Shown here piece by piece: positions 60,427 to 64,000 of a stretch of DNA of 64,000 nt. Source of the stretch: Lingula anatina (taxonomy: Eukaryota; Animalia; Brachiopoda). Each line of letters starts with the position of its first letter. Position 1 is the stretch's first letter. The translations under genes and the position numbers were made by a program. The stretch spans positions 24,928,848 to 24,992,847 of the forward strand of contig CM120643.1 in NCBI GenBank assembly GCA_051362555.1, read 5' to 3'. The notes beneath the pieces are model-generated. The model was not told the DNA's origin, ran no database searches, and saw nothing but the letters and a program-made list of their open reading frames with translations.

Positions 60427-61972
60427 TGCTGATGACAAGGTAGATAGATATAGTATTTTTGTGTCAGTGTGGGGCGTCTTTCGCTGTTTTTGGTCCGGAC
60501 TCCGAGCTACTGCAGCCAATTTCCCTTTAGGGGGTGTGGAAATCCGGCATGCGAATTTGAAAATAGAATGCTAAATTCCTTAACCTTCTTCATTCTTTTA
60601 TTCTCTATCCCTTCATCCGTTTTTCCAAGAAATTCTCTCTCTCTCTCGATCTCTCTCTCTCTCTCTCTCTCATATCTCCTACAGCTCCAAGACTATCTGG
60701 TGAGCTATAGCCGTTCCCCATACGTGTGTACACAGTTTACGTCCCAAGCCAGCGTGCTGTTAACATAACTAGGCTGGGATCAGGTATGCAGGTAAATATT
60801 ATGGTACAAGTAAACAAATTCAAAGCAGGTGAAATTAACTGGAATTATAAAGGACAGCTAGCAGCTCTGCCAGCCCTCTCTTTCGCATATATTAAGGTCT
60901 ATTTGGTATTAGAGATGTCCCATCTAAAATCAAATTTTGATGAACTGTTTGTGTTTTATTTTATATTTTTATTTTATTTTTATTTTCTATTTAATTATAT
61001 TTAACTTAATTTAATTTTATTTTACATATTTATGTATTTATTTAATATTGTTAATATTTTGTTTGTTTGTTTGTTTGTTTAATGCAAAACTGTTTTGGGA
61101 AGCCACATGCATGTATAGACCTTCAATTTAAGGTAGGCCTATTGCTTAGGTGTTCGTTTTTTTTTTTTTTTTGTTTTGTTTTTTTTTCCTGTTTGTCTCA
61201 TGATTTATACTCGTTACACCCAATAAAACACACGAGGTGCGTTTATTTATTTATTTATTTATTTATTTATTTTTTAATATGTGTACTTTTAAGTACATTA
61301 AAATATGTCTGGTAGGTGCTGATCGACGTTCTTTTAAATAGAATCTTTCAAATTTTTTTTAAACAACGTTTATTCAAAAGAATGAAGTGGAGGCAAGGCG
61401 CTGGAAGCATTATATGCTCTCCACATTATATGCTCTCCATCTTTCAAATGCAGTAGTTGCGCAAATAGACGTGTTTATTAGGCCTACTCATTCCCTTTTC
61501 TAATACATGATAGTACCTATTGGTATATGTGCTTCCTAGTTCTCTTTAGAGAAACCCAAGAATCTCTTTTGTTTTTAGCAAAGATGGTATAACCTTTAAT
61601 TGAACAAAAGTCTGTAAATGATTCGAAGATCGGTCTCAGATATCTTATAAGAGAACATTCAGGGCCTACGTTTTAGGCCCTTGATGTGTGAACGCTAATA
61701 TAAACAAGAATAACATGTAATTTCAAGATGTATTTTTGTTTTAATTTTTTAAAAACGATTAGCGAGTAATCTTTCGGCCTTAAATTTAACAAGAAATTTT
61801 AAATTATTGCAAGATTTTAGTTATGCGTAGTTTTGTTTTATCCTGCTTTTTACCGACTTGAGCGCCATCTATTCTTTGGTGGTCATATATCAGTGACTCA
61901 TGCGCAGATTGTACCTAGTCAGCTCAGGATTTCACTTCCTAAATAACAGGATTTTTTAACAACAAATACAAC

Positions 61973-63685
61973 ATGAGTCTTTTTGGAAGGTTGTTTGGTG
62001 GTAAAAAGGGAGAAAAAGCCCCCACACCACAGGAGGGCATACAGAGACTTCGAGAAATTGAAGAAATGTTGACGAAAAAACAGGAATATTTAGAGAAAAA
62101 GGTCGATCAGGAATTATCAATCGCTAAGAAAAATGGAACGAAAAACAAAAGGGGTATGATCTGTGGTATTTAGGTTTTATGTAATATCATTTACAACCAT
62201 TAATGTTTATGGAACTAAGATTTGATGGACGAAAGGTTAACTAGTAGGTAGAAGTAGTTGTTATGTTTTAGGTCGTTGAATTTGGGCGTTTAGGCTGTTG
62301 TCGTATTGACATATTTGTATTGTAGGTATCGTTGTTTGAAAATAGTGATGTCGTCACGTCACGGTATGATGCCATTCTGGGCTATATTGATGTTTGTCTT
62401 CTTACACCTCTCGTTGCTTGGGTGATACACTTAAATAGATCAGCTGCATACACTGTCAAAGAATCAGAAATACCTCTAGCACAAAAATTCATGTGTTGGC
62501 TTTCCTGTTTATAGCCTCAGAATTGTGCTAACACACGAAAGATATAGGTGCACATAGCTGTAAAATGACTTAAATTGTGTTGCGGGAGTTCTCTAATTTT
62601 TTGCTGAGTTGCACAGTGTGGAAATGCCAACCAGTCTCGACTTCAACATCAACCTGGTAGCTTTCAAAACTGTTCTTAAGGTATTTTTAGTGTGTCATTA
62701 TGATTAGCTTGAAACATATTTTGATCCTTTTCCTCTGAACAGTTGCACTTGCTGCCCTAAAGAGAAAGAAGAGGTATGAGAAACAACTGAACCAGATTGA
62801 TGGGACACTCTCAACCATAGAATTCCAGCGGGAGGCCTTGGAAAATGCCAGTACTAACACAGAGGTTCTCAAAGTAATGGGGACAGCAGCAAAGGCTCTG
62901 AAGGGTGCCCATAATGACCTGTAAGTTACTCTTCTGTTACCAAGCAGCTATTAAGTGTACTTGTACAGATATAGTTTTAAGTACTGTATACATCTCCCTG
63001 TTTTTATGGAAATGATCCTGGTTGTTCTTTTATGGTAAATTATGCAAATATGAGATTATAGGCATGTACACAGCATATGATAAATACGAACAAAATTGAA
63101 CAATATCATTTTGTTACAAGCAGTATAAATTTTATTGTAAAATTTTATACATATTCTGGAAAGCATCTGCATACACACACTCTCACACGCAGACATATGT
63201 ACACATCAAGCTTTCTTATTAGTTGTAACCCAGTCTGAGTCAGTGGCAAAAAAAAAAGAAATTTTAATCTTGGTGACCTTTTAAGGTCTAGGAATATGCT
63301 GGCAAAATTTTAAGAAAAGTGACCAAGTAACTGATCAAATATACACAATGTTAATAGTGTCACTCTTGTAGGACCAACATTTGGTATGGAGCCAATATTG
63401 ATGTGACGGACCAAGTTAACTTTCTGATATTTTTATTATCTATCAAAAGACGTTTCTGCGGTTAGCCAACAAAGACAGGGGAAAAAGTACTGTTTATTTT
63501 TAAATAAAAAATTGCCATGATATAAAACTATGTAGAATATTGTTGGTATTATAATGTGTATGGTGTACAGGGATGTTGATAAAGTTCACGATCTGATGGA
63601 CGACATTGGTGAGCAGATGGATTTGGCTAATGAAGTAAATGATGCTATAGCATCGCCCATTGGGTTTGGGCAAGACATTGATCAA
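61973..63685 (+). CDS. CHMP4B: Charged multivesicular body protein 4 (ESCRT-III Snf7/Shrub), 5' part; gene continues beyond the window
   Basis: Exons 61973-62153, 62743-62920, 63571-63685, GT-AG and phase-consistent: MSLFGRLFGGKKGEKAPTPQEGIQRLREIEEMLTKKQEYLEKK...KKNGTKNKRVALAALKRKKRYEKQLNQIDGTLSTIEFQREALENASTNTEVL...LDVDKVHDLMDDIGEQMDLANEVNDAIASPIGFGQDIDQ. Possible next acceptor at 63993. Confidence 0.95.
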
Positions 63686-64000
63686 GTAAGTGAGCTGGTA
63701 ACTCGGGTCTACAATATAGACCCATCTGGGTGCACTTTAACATATACTAGTAGTACTACTTAGCCAGTTAGTAGAATATTGTATTTTGGTTTAAGAGAAA
63801 ATGAATAACTGGACCTCGTTAACTGTTTTCTATATTTATGTAAATATTTTTCGACCAAAAAAAATGTTGAATGGCTCATTGGAAGTTGCGTTAAAGTGTG
63901 CCCAGGTTCTATGAAGGCACTATATGATATAGCTTGCAAGTACACCTCTCCTCCATTATTGCACCCCACTTTGTTTTACTTTTCTATTTGTAGAGAGATC

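Overview
AT-rich animal (probably invertebrate) genomic DNA with spliceosomal GT-AG introns; nothing prokaryotic, viral or CRISPR-like is visible. Three protein-coding genes could be assembled by hand with phase-consistent splice junctions: a complete 11-exon, divergent pyruvate dehydrogenase kinase (minus, 8516-21266, 384 aa); a TRPC-family cation channel (minus, 23917-40232, about 18 coding exons, about 1127 aa, first three exons less certain); and the first three exons of ESCRT-III CHMP4/Snf7 (plus, from 61973, running off the window). A tRNA-Leu(CAG) gene lies head-to-head with the PDK start. Introns and intergenic DNA hold many non-autonomous DNA-transposon derivatives (PIF/Harbinger-like MITEs, a group with CAG termini and 5-bp TSDs, fold-back elements), a decayed Tc1 transposase split by a MITE, a CR1/L2-like LINE tail and tandem repeats. 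I found no evidence for a new multi-gene system. The strongest leads are the excess of TA-flanked palindromes TACATGTA and TAGGCCTA (possible transposon excision footprints), the altered TRPC gate residues and candidate microexons, and the altered ATP-binding region of the PDK. All coordinates and counts were read by eye and need computational confirmation.
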